A DNA stretch of 64,000 bases from a virus (Duplodnaviria > Heunggongvirae > Uroviricota > Caudoviricetes): IMG/VR virus record IMGVR_UViG_3300026966_000012; one strand, 5' to 3'. Numbering within the stretch: position 1 is the stretch's first letter; each line of letters begins with the position of its first letter. Below the pieces are notes generated by a model. The model did no database searches, was not told the origin of the DNA, and worked only from the letters and a program-made list of their open reading frames with translations. Positions 8,584 to 16,610 of the stretch are shown here, piece after piece. Made by a program: the position numbers and the translations under genes.

Positions 8584-8734
8584 GGCACGTCCTCCCACGG
8601 GACGCGCCCCCATGTCAAGCCTTCGTCCACGCGCAGCGGAGAGTGGCGGCGCCGACGGCTCGCCCTCGCGGGCCCGAGCGCGGCAAACCGGCACCATGCG
8701 ACGCCCGCGGAATCCCCGCAGTATCAGCCGTCTT

Positions 8735-8748
8735 ACATATATTAAATA
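8735..8748 (+). promoter_or_regulatory. TATA box of a cassette promoter
   Basis: acatatattaaata, about 27 nt before the ATG at 8772. Confidence 0.45.
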
Positions 8749-8771
8749 CCCTACCCTGAGTAGGAAGAAGT

Positions 8772-9107
8772 ATGGGACAAAAATCCCACCCCCGACCGGA
8801 GCAGTGTGAAGTGCCAGGGTACTACTGGACCGCCCCCGAAGTCGTCGAGTGCTGGCGCGACCCCGAGGACGTGCTGATCGCGTGGGACGACGGTGTGTAC
8901 GTGCTGTGTGTCGGCGAGCCGGCCGAGCATGCGAGTGAGTCAGGGCGACCGCTGTGGTACGCGCCCGAAGTGCGAGTGCACGACGTGTTCGTCGACGGCG
9001 AGCGATTCGAGCTGATCGAGCGCGACGACGAGCGCCTGCGCAACGTGCGGGAAGTGAGAGTGACGCACGGGACTGCAAGCGCCGTCGCCGAGCTCGAGTC
9101 AGCGTGA
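8772..9107 (+). CDS. hypothetical protein, N-terminus MGQKSHPRPE
   Basis: ATG inside hairpin TGGGACAAAAATCCCA followed by CCCCGACCGGAG. Confidence 0.55.
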   Translation: MGQKSHPRPEQCEVPGYYWTAPEVVECWRDPEDVLIAWDDGVYVLCVGEPAEHASESGRPLWYAPEVRVHDVFVDGERFELIERDDERLRNVREVRVTHGTASAVAELESA

Positions 9108-9187
9108 TCGTCGCCGTCGTCGCGCTGCTGGTGGTGCTGATAGGGCTCGCCGTGTTCTGGGCTGTCGTGCGGGCGATGGCGTCGTAG
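9104..9187 (+). CDS. tiny hydrophobic peptide (27 aa)
   Basis: GTGA overlap; VIVAVVALLVVLIGLAVFWAVVRAMAS. Confidence 0.3.
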   Translation: MIVAVVALLVVLIGLAVFWAVVRAMAS

Positions 9188-9336
9188 GGCCCTGTCGCGT
9201 GCCGCTTTCCCGCCGCGCCCCGTCGACCGCCGTCTGTCGTTTCCCCTCCGTCCACTCCGTCACCTCCGCGCGCCGCGTCACTGAAACCCGGTGTCCATGC
9301 CACGATCCGTACCCGACGACAATATCAGCCGATTAA

Positions 9337-9349
9337 CATATCTATATAC
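9337..9349 (+). promoter_or_regulatory. TATA box of a cassette promoter
   Basis: catatctatatac. Confidence 0.45.
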
Positions 9350-9371
9350 TTGCCCCAGACGAAGGTTAAGT

Positions 9372-9575
9372 ATGGCACGAAAATGCCTCCCGGACGGGTA
9401 CAGCTGGACAGTCGACGGTGAAGACGCGCAGACGACCGAGATCTACGTCGAGAACGCAGAGGGTGAGCTGATCGGCAAAGACCACGTGGCGTCGCAGTTC
9501 GTGCGAACCGACGCCGAGCGCGAGGAAGTTGCGGCGCAGATCGCCGCGGGTGAGCGGGGGCGTCAGTTCCAGTAG
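9372..9575 (+). CDS. hypothetical protein, N-terminus MARKCLPDG
   Basis: ATG inside hairpin TGGCACGAAAATGCC; internal ATG (index 27) of track ORF 9291..9575. Confidence 0.5.
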   Translation: MARKCLPDGYSWTVDGEDAQTTEIYVENAEGELIGKDHVASQFVRTDAEREEVAAQIAAGERGRQFQ

Positions 9576-9689
9576 AGCGGCGCCGACTGTCGGTTTTACG
9601 CCGTGCCCCGTCGACCATGCGACGTTCAGCGGAAGTCGACAATATCAGCTGTCATACATATATTCATATTCGCTCCCGACCAAGATAAG

Positions 9690-9806
9690 ATGGGGAGAAA
9701 AGCCCCACCCGACGGAACCATGAGCTACGCGACCCACGTCCAGATCCGGAAGTTGCAGAGAGCGAGAGACAAGAGCCGCTGGCCGAGCGACGAGGACGAC
9801 GAGTAG
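9690..9806 (+). CDS. small protein (38 aa), N-terminus MGRKAPPDG
   Basis: ATG inside hairpin TGGGGAGAAAAGCCCCA + CCCGACGGAAC. Confidence 0.4.
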   Translation: MGRKAPPDGTMSYATHVQIRKLQRARDKSRWPSDEDDE

Positions 9807-9833
9807 CGGGGCCGCCGCGGCCCCCTCGCCGAC

Positions 9834-9872
9834 GCGTGTGTACGTACATACGCGCCCATATGTACGTACGCC
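9834..9872. repeat. GTACGTACA alternating purine/pyrimidine palindrome
   Basis: gcgtgtgtacgtacatacgcgcccatatgtacgtacgc. Confidence 0.5.
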
Positions 9873-9990
9873 CATCTCGAACCCTCACGTGCCCGAGCGC
9901 GGCAAACCGGCACCCTGCGACGTCCGTCACAAGTCGACACATATCAGCCGCTTTACGTGTCTTTAATACCCTACCAGCCCAAGGTATAGT

Positions 9991-10353
9991 ATGGAAGCCA
10001 AAAACTTCCCACCGCGAACGGTGCAGAGCGCAGAGCCAACCGACGTCGTCGAAGAAGACGGCTACCGAGTCCTGACGTACGAGGACGTCGACGTCGACAT
10101 TCGGATCTCGCGGACGATCAGCCCCGAGACGCCGAAAATCTGGGTCGCCGGCGACCGACTCGACACGCAAGTGGAGACGGTGACCGACGTCGAGTTCCTC
10201 GGCTTCGAGCTCTGGCGATACACCTACCTCGAGGGTAAGCCGACCCATGCCGGTGAGGGTCGACACCGAGGCCGATTCGCCGAGGTCGAGATCGAGGAGA
10301 ATCACTACGGCGAAGACGAAGTCCACGAGTTCAGCCTCAGGGTCAAGCGGTAG
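9991..10353 (+). CDS. hypothetical protein, N-terminus MEAKNFPPRT
   Basis: ATG in hairpin TGGAAGCCAAAAACTTCCCA. Confidence 0.55.
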   Translation: MEAKNFPPRTVQSAEPTDVVEEDGYRVLTYEDVDVDIRISRTISPETPKIWVAGDRLDTQVETVTDVEFLGFELWRYTYLEGKPTHAGEGRHRGRFAEVEIEENHYGEDEVHEFSLRVKR

Positions 10354-10394
10354 ACGGGGCTGACGCCCGGTTTCGCGCGCCGCCCCGCCGCCCG

Positions 10395-10700
10395 ACGACC
10401 CCTGTTTCCACTCCGTCTGGTCCAACGCGGAATAGTAGAGGAAATTATTATTTGCAGAGATCGAGCCCTGAATACAACCCGCCTCAGCGAGGTTCATGGG
10501 CGCTACACGTCGGCGAGTTTTGTGAGGCATGGCTCCTACCCCTTCGAGTTGGCTCACGGCATTCCGAGCGTCGTGTGGACGGTGTCTCCGCGAGGTTCGT
10601 GGGCATCTCAGGAAATGCCCCCTGATGATACGAGAACCCCTGTTTCCCTTCCGCGTGCCGCGTCACGCGAATCCGGCACGCGCCATGCGACGTCGACGTC
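10395..10700. ncRNA. copy B of a conserved roughly 250-300 nt non-coding element (candidate ncRNA or regulatory repeat)
   Basis: Aligns with 1..335 and 14085..14335; core CTCCTACCC..GCTCACGGC, GCRTCTCAGG, CCCCTGTTTCC. Confidence 0.35.
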
Positions 10701-10724
10701 CATCCAGCAGTAACAGCCGTCTTA

Positions 10725-10737
10725 CATATCTATATAC
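10725..10737 (+). promoter_or_regulatory. TATA box of a cassette promoter
   Basis: catatctatatac. Confidence 0.45.
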
Positions 10738-10760
10738 CTGCACCACTCTTAGGATAAGAT

Positions 10761-11138
10761 ATGGGAACCAAAAACCCATCCGAAGCGGAACAGAGCGACG
10801 AGATCCTCCCGGCCCTCGACCACCGCGGACTGACGGGCCACGGCAAGGCCCGACTCGAGGAGAGCGAGCTCGTGACCCCGTACCTCGTGCGGACCCTCCA
10901 GGAGGCGGACCCGGCCATCCTCCGGGCCCTCTCGCAAGTGGCTGACGCCGCCGCCTCGGCCCGGTACGGCCCCATCCAGGCCCAGCTGGCCAAGGACGAA
11001 AGCGCGAGCCGCGAGATCCAGCAGCAGTACTGGAACCAGCTGGACGACGTGAAGGGCCTGTCCCTCCTCTGCACGGAAATCCTGCGCGACGAGCGTGACG
11101 GCGTGCCCAGCGAGGACGACCCGAGACTCGGCTTCTAA
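10761..11138 (+). CDS. hypothetical protein, N-terminus MGTKNPSEAE
   Basis: ATG in hairpin TGGGAACCAAAAACCCA. Confidence 0.55.
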   Translation: MGTKNPSEAEQSDEILPALDHRGLTGHGKARLEESELVTPYLVRTLQEADPAILRALSQVADAAASARYGPIQAQLAKDESASREIQQQYWNQLDDVKGLSLLCTEILRDERDGVPSEDDPRLGF

Positions 11139-11504
11139 CGCCGACCAGCGCACTACCACCAGCAGCGGCTGGCCTGCGCACCGGTTTTCCGCCGTGCCCC
11201 GTCGCCCACGTGACCCTCGTTTCCGCTCCGCCCGCGACTGTCTCGTGCGATCGTCGCGCCCTGCTTGCGTACGTGTCCCCCCACTGTTACGCTCGTCACG
11301 CCTGCGTTCGCGGCCTGTGCTATCCGCGTCCGACCCCTGTTTCATCTCCGCGTGCCAAGGCGCGGCAACCCGGTGGCGTCCCCGTCAGCAAACGGGCCCT
11401 TTCTGCAAGCAATCCGACACTGAAATCTATAAAACGCTGTCTCAAGCCCTCTACACGAGGATTTAGACCAGAACCTTTATATCAAATCAAGTTCAAGAAG
11501 AAGT

Positions 11505-11744
11505 ATGGAATCAAAAATTCCATCCCGGACGGAGAGTGGCGAGAGTGTCGAAATCGCAGTCGGTCACCGAGCGGAGAGCGACGTCATCGCGCGGGCGCTC
11601 AACGAGAAGGCGCGGGAAGCCGAGCTCGAAGCGGAGCGGGCCGGGCCGAAAACGCAGCCCGTGCACGAGCTCGACGCCGCCGTGCTGCGAAGCGCCGCCG
11701 CCGAGTTCGAGCGCGAGTACGCCGAGTGGCGCGAGGAGCGATAG
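11505..11744 (+). CDS. hypothetical protein, N-terminus MESKIPSRTE
   Basis: ATG in hairpin TGGAATCAAAAATTCCA + TCCCGGACGGAG. Confidence 0.5.
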   Translation: MESKIPSRTESGESVEIAVGHRAESDVIARALNEKAREAELEAERAGPKTQPVHELDAAVLRSAAAEFEREYAEWREER

Positions 11745-11746
11745 AG

Positions 11747-11908
11747 ATGCGCCCCGACGTGATCGAGTGGACGGGCGAGGCGCACCTGGTGACGACGGGC
11801 TGTGACGAGTGCGGGCGATCGTTCTCGATCGACGAGGACAGCGTGCGGTGGGCGGACGAGCGCGGACGACCCGTGTTCTGCGACTCGTGCGGGTCGGGAG
11901 GGCTGTGA
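11747..11908 (+). CDS. zinc-ribbon protein (53 aa)
   Basis: CDECG...CDSCG; in frame with track ORF 11210..11908. Confidence 0.45.
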   Translation: MRPDVIEWTGEAHLVTTGCDECGRSFSIDEDSVRWADERGRPVFCDSCGSGGL

Positions 11909-11909
11909 G

Positions 11910-12017
11910 ATGCGGCGGCTGCGGACGGCGCTGCTGGCGGCGAGCGTCGTGACGCGGATCGTCGCGTTCCCGGCGGTGTTGGCTGTCGCGCGGGCCCGAG
12001 CGAGGGTCGTGCGGTGA
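11910..12017 (+). CDS. small hydrophobic peptide (35 aa)
   Basis: MRRLRTALLAASVVTRIVAFPAVLAVA... Confidence 0.3.
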   Translation: MRRLRTALLAASVVTRIVAFPAVLAVARARARVVR

Positions 12018-12229
12018 GTTCCGTGCAGCGGCGGTTGTTCGAGGAGTCGGCGGTCGGGGCGGTCTGGGTCGAAGACAGTGACGGGGGTCGCGCGCTGGTG
12101 ACCGTCGAGCGGCACCCGACGGTGTCGATGGGACGTCTGCTCGAGGCGCTCCGGGGACGTGACGACGTCGAGACGGTGCGCCAGACGACAGCGACGCACG
12201 TCGAGGCGATCGTGCGAGGTGACGCCTGA
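12014..12229 (+). CDS. hypothetical protein
   Basis: GTG start overlapping the upstream stop. Confidence 0.4.
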   Translation: MSSVQRRLFEESAVGAVWVEDSDGGRALVTVERHPTVSMGRLLEALRGRDDVETVRQTTATHVEAIVRGDA

Positions 12230-12309
12230 TGCTGGTGGTACTGCTCGTTGCCCTGCTCGTGGTGCTGTTCGGCGTCTGGCTCGTGCTGGCCGCGGCTACC
12301 GCGTTCTAA
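12229..12309 (+). CDS. tiny hydrophobic peptide (26 aa)
   Basis: MLVVLLVALLVVLFGVWLVLAAATAF; ATGA overlap. Confidence 0.3.
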   Translation: MLVVLLVALLVVLFGVWLVLAAATAF

Positions 12310-12406
12310 CCTCGCGCGACGCGCCGCGGCAACCCGGTGAATCGGTCTAAGGGCTGTTACTACCGCATCACTGATATTTAATACCTCATGCGTCGAAGAT
12401 GAAGAT

Positions 12407-12868
12407 ATGGGACCAAAATCCCACCCAACGGGCGATGAAGCGAGCGATGAAGCGAGCGACGACGTCGTTGTCGTCGATGAGTGTGCGACGTGGGTCGGGC
12501 GACGCGAAGACGTGAGTGAAGACGAAGCCGTCGCCGCGATGAGCGATGTCGAGCGGGCCGTGAAGCGGGTCGCAGACGAGCGATGGGTCGACGTCGTGCG
12601 GGTCGCGATGTGCGACGACGAAGTGCGGGCCGTCGTGAAGATGAAGCAGTGTGAAGGGCCGGGTGCGGGCGCGACGACGTGGGCGAGCGCGTTGTGCGAC
12701 GTCGAGTTGGGCGACGGGCGCGAGCGCGAAGTCGATGTGAGCGTGACGTTGCCGGGCCGTGAAGGGATGTCGGGCGATGTGATGGGCGAAGTCGAAGTCG
12801 ACGGGCGCGAGTGGGAAGTGCGACGTGAAGTGTGGGTCGACGAAGACGGGCGCGAAGTCGGGCCGTAG
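12407..12868 (+). CDS. hypothetical acidic protein, N-terminus MGPKSHPTGD
   Basis: ATG in hairpin TGGGACCAAAATCCCA. Confidence 0.5.
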   Translation: MGPKSHPTGDEASDEASDDVVVVDECATWVGRREDVSEDEAVAAMSDVERAVKRVADERWVDVVRVAMCDDEVRAVVKMKQCEGPGAGATTWASALCDVELGDGREREVDVSVTLPGREGMSGDVMGEVEVDGREWEVRREVWVDEDGREVGP

Positions 12869-12995
12869 CGCGAGCGTGGGCGACGTCGCCGCCGGGCGAT
12901 GTCGTCGCGTGTCGGTTTCGCGCCGCGCCACCGCCCAACCAGCAGTTACAGCCGGAACACGTGCCTATATATCAGTATCATGAGAAGTAAGAAGT

Positions 12996-13334
12996 ATGGA
13001 ACCGAAAAGTTCCCACCGAGCGGAGTACAGTGAGCCGCCCATCGAGCTGGCGAATGCCGTGCGACGCGGCGAGCACTACCTGCTGGGCGACGTTGGAGAG
13101 TTCGTGGTCGACGAGATCGCTGTTGGGTACCCAGTCGAGGAGCGAGACGGCGTGGTCGCCCCGAACCGCGAGGCGTTCGTCACGCGTATCGAGTTTGTGG
13201 CGCCGGGCGAGTGTATCGTGATGGGTCTTGCCGAGCTCGAGGACCGCATCGATCGAACCGATGTGTTGCCCCTGACCGTGCGCGAACGCGATGAGGAGCT
13301 GCACGCGGAGTGGGAGAGCCACGGGCTGCTGTAG
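12996..13334 (+). CDS. hypothetical protein, N-terminus MEPKSSHRAE
   Basis: ATG in hairpin TGGAACCGAAAAGTTCCCA + CCGAGCGGAG. Confidence 0.55.
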   Translation: MEPKSSHRAEYSEPPIELANAVRRGEHYLLGDVGEFVVDEIAVGYPVEERDGVVAPNREAFVTRIEFVAPGECIVMGLAELEDRIDRTDVLPLTVRERDEELHAEWESHGLL

Positions 13335-13344
13335 TCGAGGCGCA

Positions 13345-13378
13345 CCGCTGCGGTCCGCTTTTGCGCCGTGCCCCGCCG
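13345..13378 (+). terminator. conserved cassette terminator motif
   Basis: GGTCCGCTTTTGCGCCGTGCCCCGCCGCTCG. Confidence 0.45.
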
Positions 13379-13438
13379 CTCGTCGCTGCTATTACCGGTA
13401 CGCTGACACTTATACTTGCACGAGTGGTAGGTAGAAGT

Positions 13439-13630
13439 ATGGTCAGAAACGACCACCCGAACGGAGAGCTGAGCGAGTACCAGAAGGCGAACGAGCTGAG
13501 CGACGACGAGTTGCGACAGCGCGTGATCGAGCTGCGGAGCGAGCCCGCGCCGCTGGTGGGAGTGGACAGCGAGTTGGAAGCCGCCGAGGAGGTCGCGCGA
13601 GACCGCGGGCTCGGGCTGGGGATGAGCTGA
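13439..13630 (+). CDS. hypothetical protein (63 aa), N-terminus MVRNDHPNGE
   Basis: ATG in hairpin TGGTCAGAAACGACCA + CCCGAACGGAG; internal ATG (index 43) of track ORF 13310..13630. Confidence 0.45.
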   Translation: MVRNDHPNGELSEYQKANELSDDELRQRVIELRSEPAPLVGVDSELEAAEEVARDRGLGLGMS

Positions 13631-13776
13631 TGCTGGGCCACAGCGGGCCGTTCTGTCCGGACTGCGGTGCAGAGGGACTGAGCGATGAGTGGGTCGAGGG
13701 CGGGCGACGGATGGTGGCGCGACAGTGCCCAGAGCCGAGATGTAGCTCGTACTGGGAGTACGAGGTGGGCTGCTGA
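13630..13776 (+). CDS. zinc-ribbon protein (48 aa)
   Basis: CPDCG...CPEPRC. Confidence 0.4.
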   Translation: MLGHSGPFCPDCGAEGLSDEWVEGGRRMVARQCPEPRCSSYWEYEVGC

Positions 13777-14006
13777 TGCAGCGACGGATCGACGCGACCG
13801 TGGTGATCGGGAGCGACCGAAAGACGGTGTCGGTGTGGGTCGACGAAGACGCGTCCGATGCGACCCGCGAGGCCGCGGTCGAGGAGATTGTCGGCGACGT
13901 CCGGTCGTGGGAGAGTGAGCCGGTCGAGCTCGAGGGATGGGGCGAGACGGGCTGGGTCCAGGGCGATGGCCGGGACGCGATGCCCCGCCGCGAGCCCGGC
14001 TGGTAG
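13776..14006 (+). CDS. hypothetical protein
   Basis: 76 aa; ATGA overlap. Confidence 0.45.
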   Translation: MQRRIDATVVIGSDRKTVSVWVDEDASDATREAAVEEIVGDVRSWESEPVELEGWGETGWVQGDGRDAMPRREPGW

Positions 14007-14084
14007 CCCCGCCTCGCGATTGTGGCCAGTGTCGGTTTTGCGCCGTGCCCCGCCGACCCCTGCTTCCGGTCCAACGACGCTGTC

Positions 14085-14335
14085 CAGCGGATTGAGCCGA
14101 CTGTGCGCCCGCATCTGACTGTCTCCGGAGGGTCCAAGGGCGTCTCACGTCGGCGTGTTTCTGACGCTGTGACTCCTACCCTGTAGGGCCTGCTCACGGC
14201 GTTTTGACGCCTGTGCGGACACTGTCTCCCGGCGTTCTGTGAGCGTCTCAGGCTGTCGCTTGCCGTGATGTCGTACGCATGTCATGACCCCTGTTTCCAC
14301 TCCGCGCCACGTCGCGTCAAACCAGCAGTATCAGC
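14085..14335. ncRNA. copy C of the conserved non-coding element
   Basis: cacgtcggcgtgtttctgacg..ctcctaccctgtagggcctgctcacggc..gcgtctcagg..cccctgtttccactccgcg. Confidence 0.35.
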
Positions 14336-14342
14336 CGCCAAA

Positions 14343-14355
14343 CATATCTATATAC
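14343..14355 (+). promoter_or_regulatory. TATA box of a cassette promoter
   Basis: catatctatatac. Confidence 0.45.
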
Positions 14356-14378
14356 TTGTACCCTGAGAAGCATAAGAT

Positions 14379-14621
14379 ATGGGAAAGAAAAGTCCCACCC
14401 GAGCAGAACTGGCACAGAAACGCCGCGGCATCGTCAGCGCGCTCCCGTTCACGTGCCCGACCGAGCGAGGCGACCAGATCGTGGTGCACGTGCAAGACCG
14501 CAAGCTGGAGAAGTTCGAGCGCGTCGCGAAGCAGCTCGAGCTCGAAATCGTCGACCGCGAAGACGGCGGGAGTTCGCAGCAGGGCCGGCGCCTGCGCATG
14601 ACGCTGGAGACGGCCTCGTGA
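14379..14621 (+). CDS. hypothetical protein, N-terminus MGKKSPTRAE
   Basis: ATG in hairpin TGGGAAAGAAAAGTCCCA. Confidence 0.5.
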   Translation: MGKKSPTRAELAQKRRGIVSALPFTCPTERGDQIVVHVQDRKLEKFERVAKQLELEIVDREDGGSSQQGRRLRMTLETAS

Positions 14622-14761
14622 GCCGCGTCGTCCGGGTCCCGCGTCTCGGCGACCGCCGTAACCCGTGCACCGTCATGCACGAGACGCACACGGGTCGCCT
14701 GAAAGTGCGCGACCGCTACGGCTACGCCCTGCGGGTCGACCCCGAGGAGGTCGTCGAGTAG
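14618..14761 (+). CDS. small hypothetical protein (GTG start)
   Basis: GTGA overlap; same frame as track ORF 14453..14761. Confidence 0.3.
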   Translation: MSRVVRVPRLGDRRNPCTVMHETHTGRLKVRDRYGYALRVDPEEVVE

Positions 14762-14771
14762 CGCAACCGCC

Positions 14772-15293
14772 ATGTATCGCGACTACGAGATTCGATTCGA
14801 GCCGATGGACTGGCCGACGCCCGTGTACGTCAGCGAGGACGAACCCAGCCCCGACGCGGTCGACCCGATCGAGAACTGGAACGTGAAGCCGGTCGGTGGG
14901 CTGTGGACAGCACCGCTGCTCGATGACAGCGACGGCCTCGCGACCGCCTGGACAGAGTGGATGAACGCCGAGCAGTACGTCCCGTATGGCGAGAACGCTC
15001 GCCTGTACGCCCTCGAACCGCGTGACGACGTCGACCTGTTCGTGGTCGACAGCCTCGATGCCGCGAAGGAGCTGTACGCGTTCGGCGACAGCGGACCGGC
15101 CGAGGTGCTCTCGAGCGCGGTCGACTACGAGGCGATCGTCGACGAGTACGACGGCGTCCGCCTGACGCATGAGGGCCAGATCGACACGCGCCTGTCGTGG
15201 GAGGCGAATCTGAACGGCTGGGATTGTGCGTCGACGGTGTGGTTCGACTGGTGCTTCGAGTCGGTCGAAGACCTGGGCCCGCTGGAGTTGTAG
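14772..15293 (+). CDS. hypothetical protein
   Basis: 173 aa, high GC3. Confidence 0.55.
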   Translation: MYRDYEIRFEPMDWPTPVYVSEDEPSPDAVDPIENWNVKPVGGLWTAPLLDDSDGLATAWTEWMNAEQYVPYGENARLYALEPRDDVDLFVVDSLDAAKELYAFGDSGPAEVLSSAVDYEAIVDEYDGVRLTHEGQIDTRLSWEANLNGWDCASTVWFDWCFESVEDLGPLEL

Positions 15294-15295
15294 CC

Positions 15296-15330
15296 GGGCC
15301 CGCTTTTGCGCCGTGCCCCGCCGTCAGCCG
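15296..15330 (+). terminator. conserved cassette terminator motif
   Basis: CCCGCTTTTGCGCCGTGCCCCGCCG. Confidence 0.45.
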
Positions 15331-15421
15331 ACAGCAAACGGGCCTGTTCTGTGGACCGTTCCGTCCTGTTTTCGCGGATTCGGGCGTCTCAGGCCGTCTA
15401 CGCGCGGAATGGTGTGGGAAA

Positions 15422-15430
15422 ACTATATAC
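15422..15430 (+). promoter_or_regulatory. TATA box of a cassette promoter
   Basis: actatatac. Confidence 0.4.
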
Positions 15431-15453
15431 CTGTAAGTGTCCAAGTATAAGAT

Positions 15454-15651
15454 ATGGGACAAAAAATCCCAACCCGACGGAGAGCGACGCCGGCGAACCT
15501 CGAGCAGAGACTCGCCGAGATCGAGCGAGAGCTGCGGGCGATGAGCCGGGGCGACGTCGACGCAGGGACGTGCCGCTGGCTGCTGGAGGAGAAAGCCGAG
15601 CTGCGAGCCGAGCGCAACCGCCTGTTCGCGGCGACGGGGCGGTGGTCGTGA
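15454..15651 (+). CDS. hypothetical coiled-coil protein, N-terminus MGQKIPTRRR
   Basis: ATG in hairpin TGGGACAAAAAATCCCA. Confidence 0.5.
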   Translation: MGQKIPTRRRATPANLEQRLAEIERELRAMSRGDVDAGTCRWLLEEKAELRAERNRLFAATGRWS

Positions 15652-15800
15652 TGAGCGACGACGAGTTCCCGGGACCCGCGCCGATGGGCGCACGACCGCC
15701 GGACGTCGTCGAGCGGGCGAAGGAGATCGCGTACGGCGAGGTGTCGGCGACGTCCGAAGAAGTCGCCTGGGCGCTGGAGGTGATCGCGGATGAGCGATGA
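15651..15800 (+). CDS. small hypothetical protein
   Basis: Internal ATG of track ORF 15306..15800; TGATG overlap. Confidence 0.4.
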   Translation: MSDDEFPGPAPMGARPPDVVERAKEIAYGEVSATSEEVAWALEVIADER

Positions 15801-16029
15801 GTTGCTGGGCGTGATCGAGGTCGAGAGCAGCAAGCCGTACGTGAAAGACGTGTACGACGTGGTCCGCGTCGATGGGCCCGATCTCGAGACGGTCTGCGTC
15901 GAAGCTGGCGAGCGCCACGAGCTGGGCGACCGCGTCCGCTGGCCGAACGAGCTCGTGACGGTGATGTCCCGGGCGACGCTGTACGACCCCGACGGCAACG
16001 AGATCGAGATGGCTGAGCTCGGCCGATAG
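15790..16029 (+). CDS. hypothetical protein
   Basis: 79 aa. Confidence 0.45.
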   Translation: MSDELLGVIEVESSKPYVKDVYDVVRVDGPDLETVCVEAGERHELGDRVRWPNELVTVMSRATLYDPDGNEIEMAELGR

Positions 16030-16082
16030 GGCCCCGGCTCCCGCCTCGGCCTACGCGCGCCAAGGCGCCGCAACCCGGCAAC

Positions 16083-16120
16083 GCGTGTGGGTACGTACCG
16101 ACGTGTGTGTATGTACAGAC
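16083..16120. repeat. GTACGTACA alternating purine/pyrimidine element (degenerate copy)
   Basis: gcgtgtgggtacgtaccgacgtgtgtgtatgtacagacg. Confidence 0.4.
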
Positions 16121-16305
16121 GCCGACCCCGAACCCCGATTCGCCCGACCGGCTGCACTACCACCAGCAGCGACCGGCTCAGCCGACAAAAAACGGGCCCA
16201 CATCACGACGGTTTTCACGCGCGGAATCCAAAACGAACGCCTCAGGGCTCCTACGCGCGGAATGTGACCAGAAACTATATACCTGTCAAAGTACAAGTAT
16301 GTAAT

Positions 16306-16542
16306 ATGGAATCAAAAATTCCATCCCGACGGAGCAGCGAAGCGTGCGAGAACGGTGTCGAGAACGCGATCAGTGAGCGAGAACGTCGCCTCGTGCGGGA
16401 CGTGACGGCCATCGTCAACGAGCTCGAGACGATCTCGCAGCACGACGAGATGCTGAGCGGGCGAATGACGAAGCAGTGGGCCGAGGGGCTGTGCGACGCA
16501 GTCGACGAGTTCGCCGAGTCGGACCCGCACGCGCAGGAGTAG
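16306..16542 (+). CDS. hypothetical protein, N-terminus MESKIPSRRS
   Basis: ATG in hairpin TGGAATCAAAAATTCCA. Confidence 0.5.
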   Translation: MESKIPSRRSSEACENGVENAISERERRLVRDVTAIVNELETISQHDEMLSGRMTKQWAEGLCDAVDEFAESDPHAQE

Positions 16543-16544
16543 GG

Positions 16545-16610
16545 CGGGCGAGCGGGCTTTTTTGTGGGCGCTGATGTCGCGTGCCGATTTTCCGCCGTGC
16601 CCCGCGCCGC
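16545..16610 (+). terminator. T6 tract plus conserved terminator motif closing the cassette array
   Basis: gggcttttttgtggg, then GTGCCGATTTTCCGCCGTGCCCCGCGCCGCG. Confidence 0.5.

Noticed and set aside
8471-8809. Track ORF 8471..8809 (+)
   Set aside because: It is in a different frame from the hairpin-initiated ORFs 8422..8583 and 8772..9107, which fit the cassette architecture.
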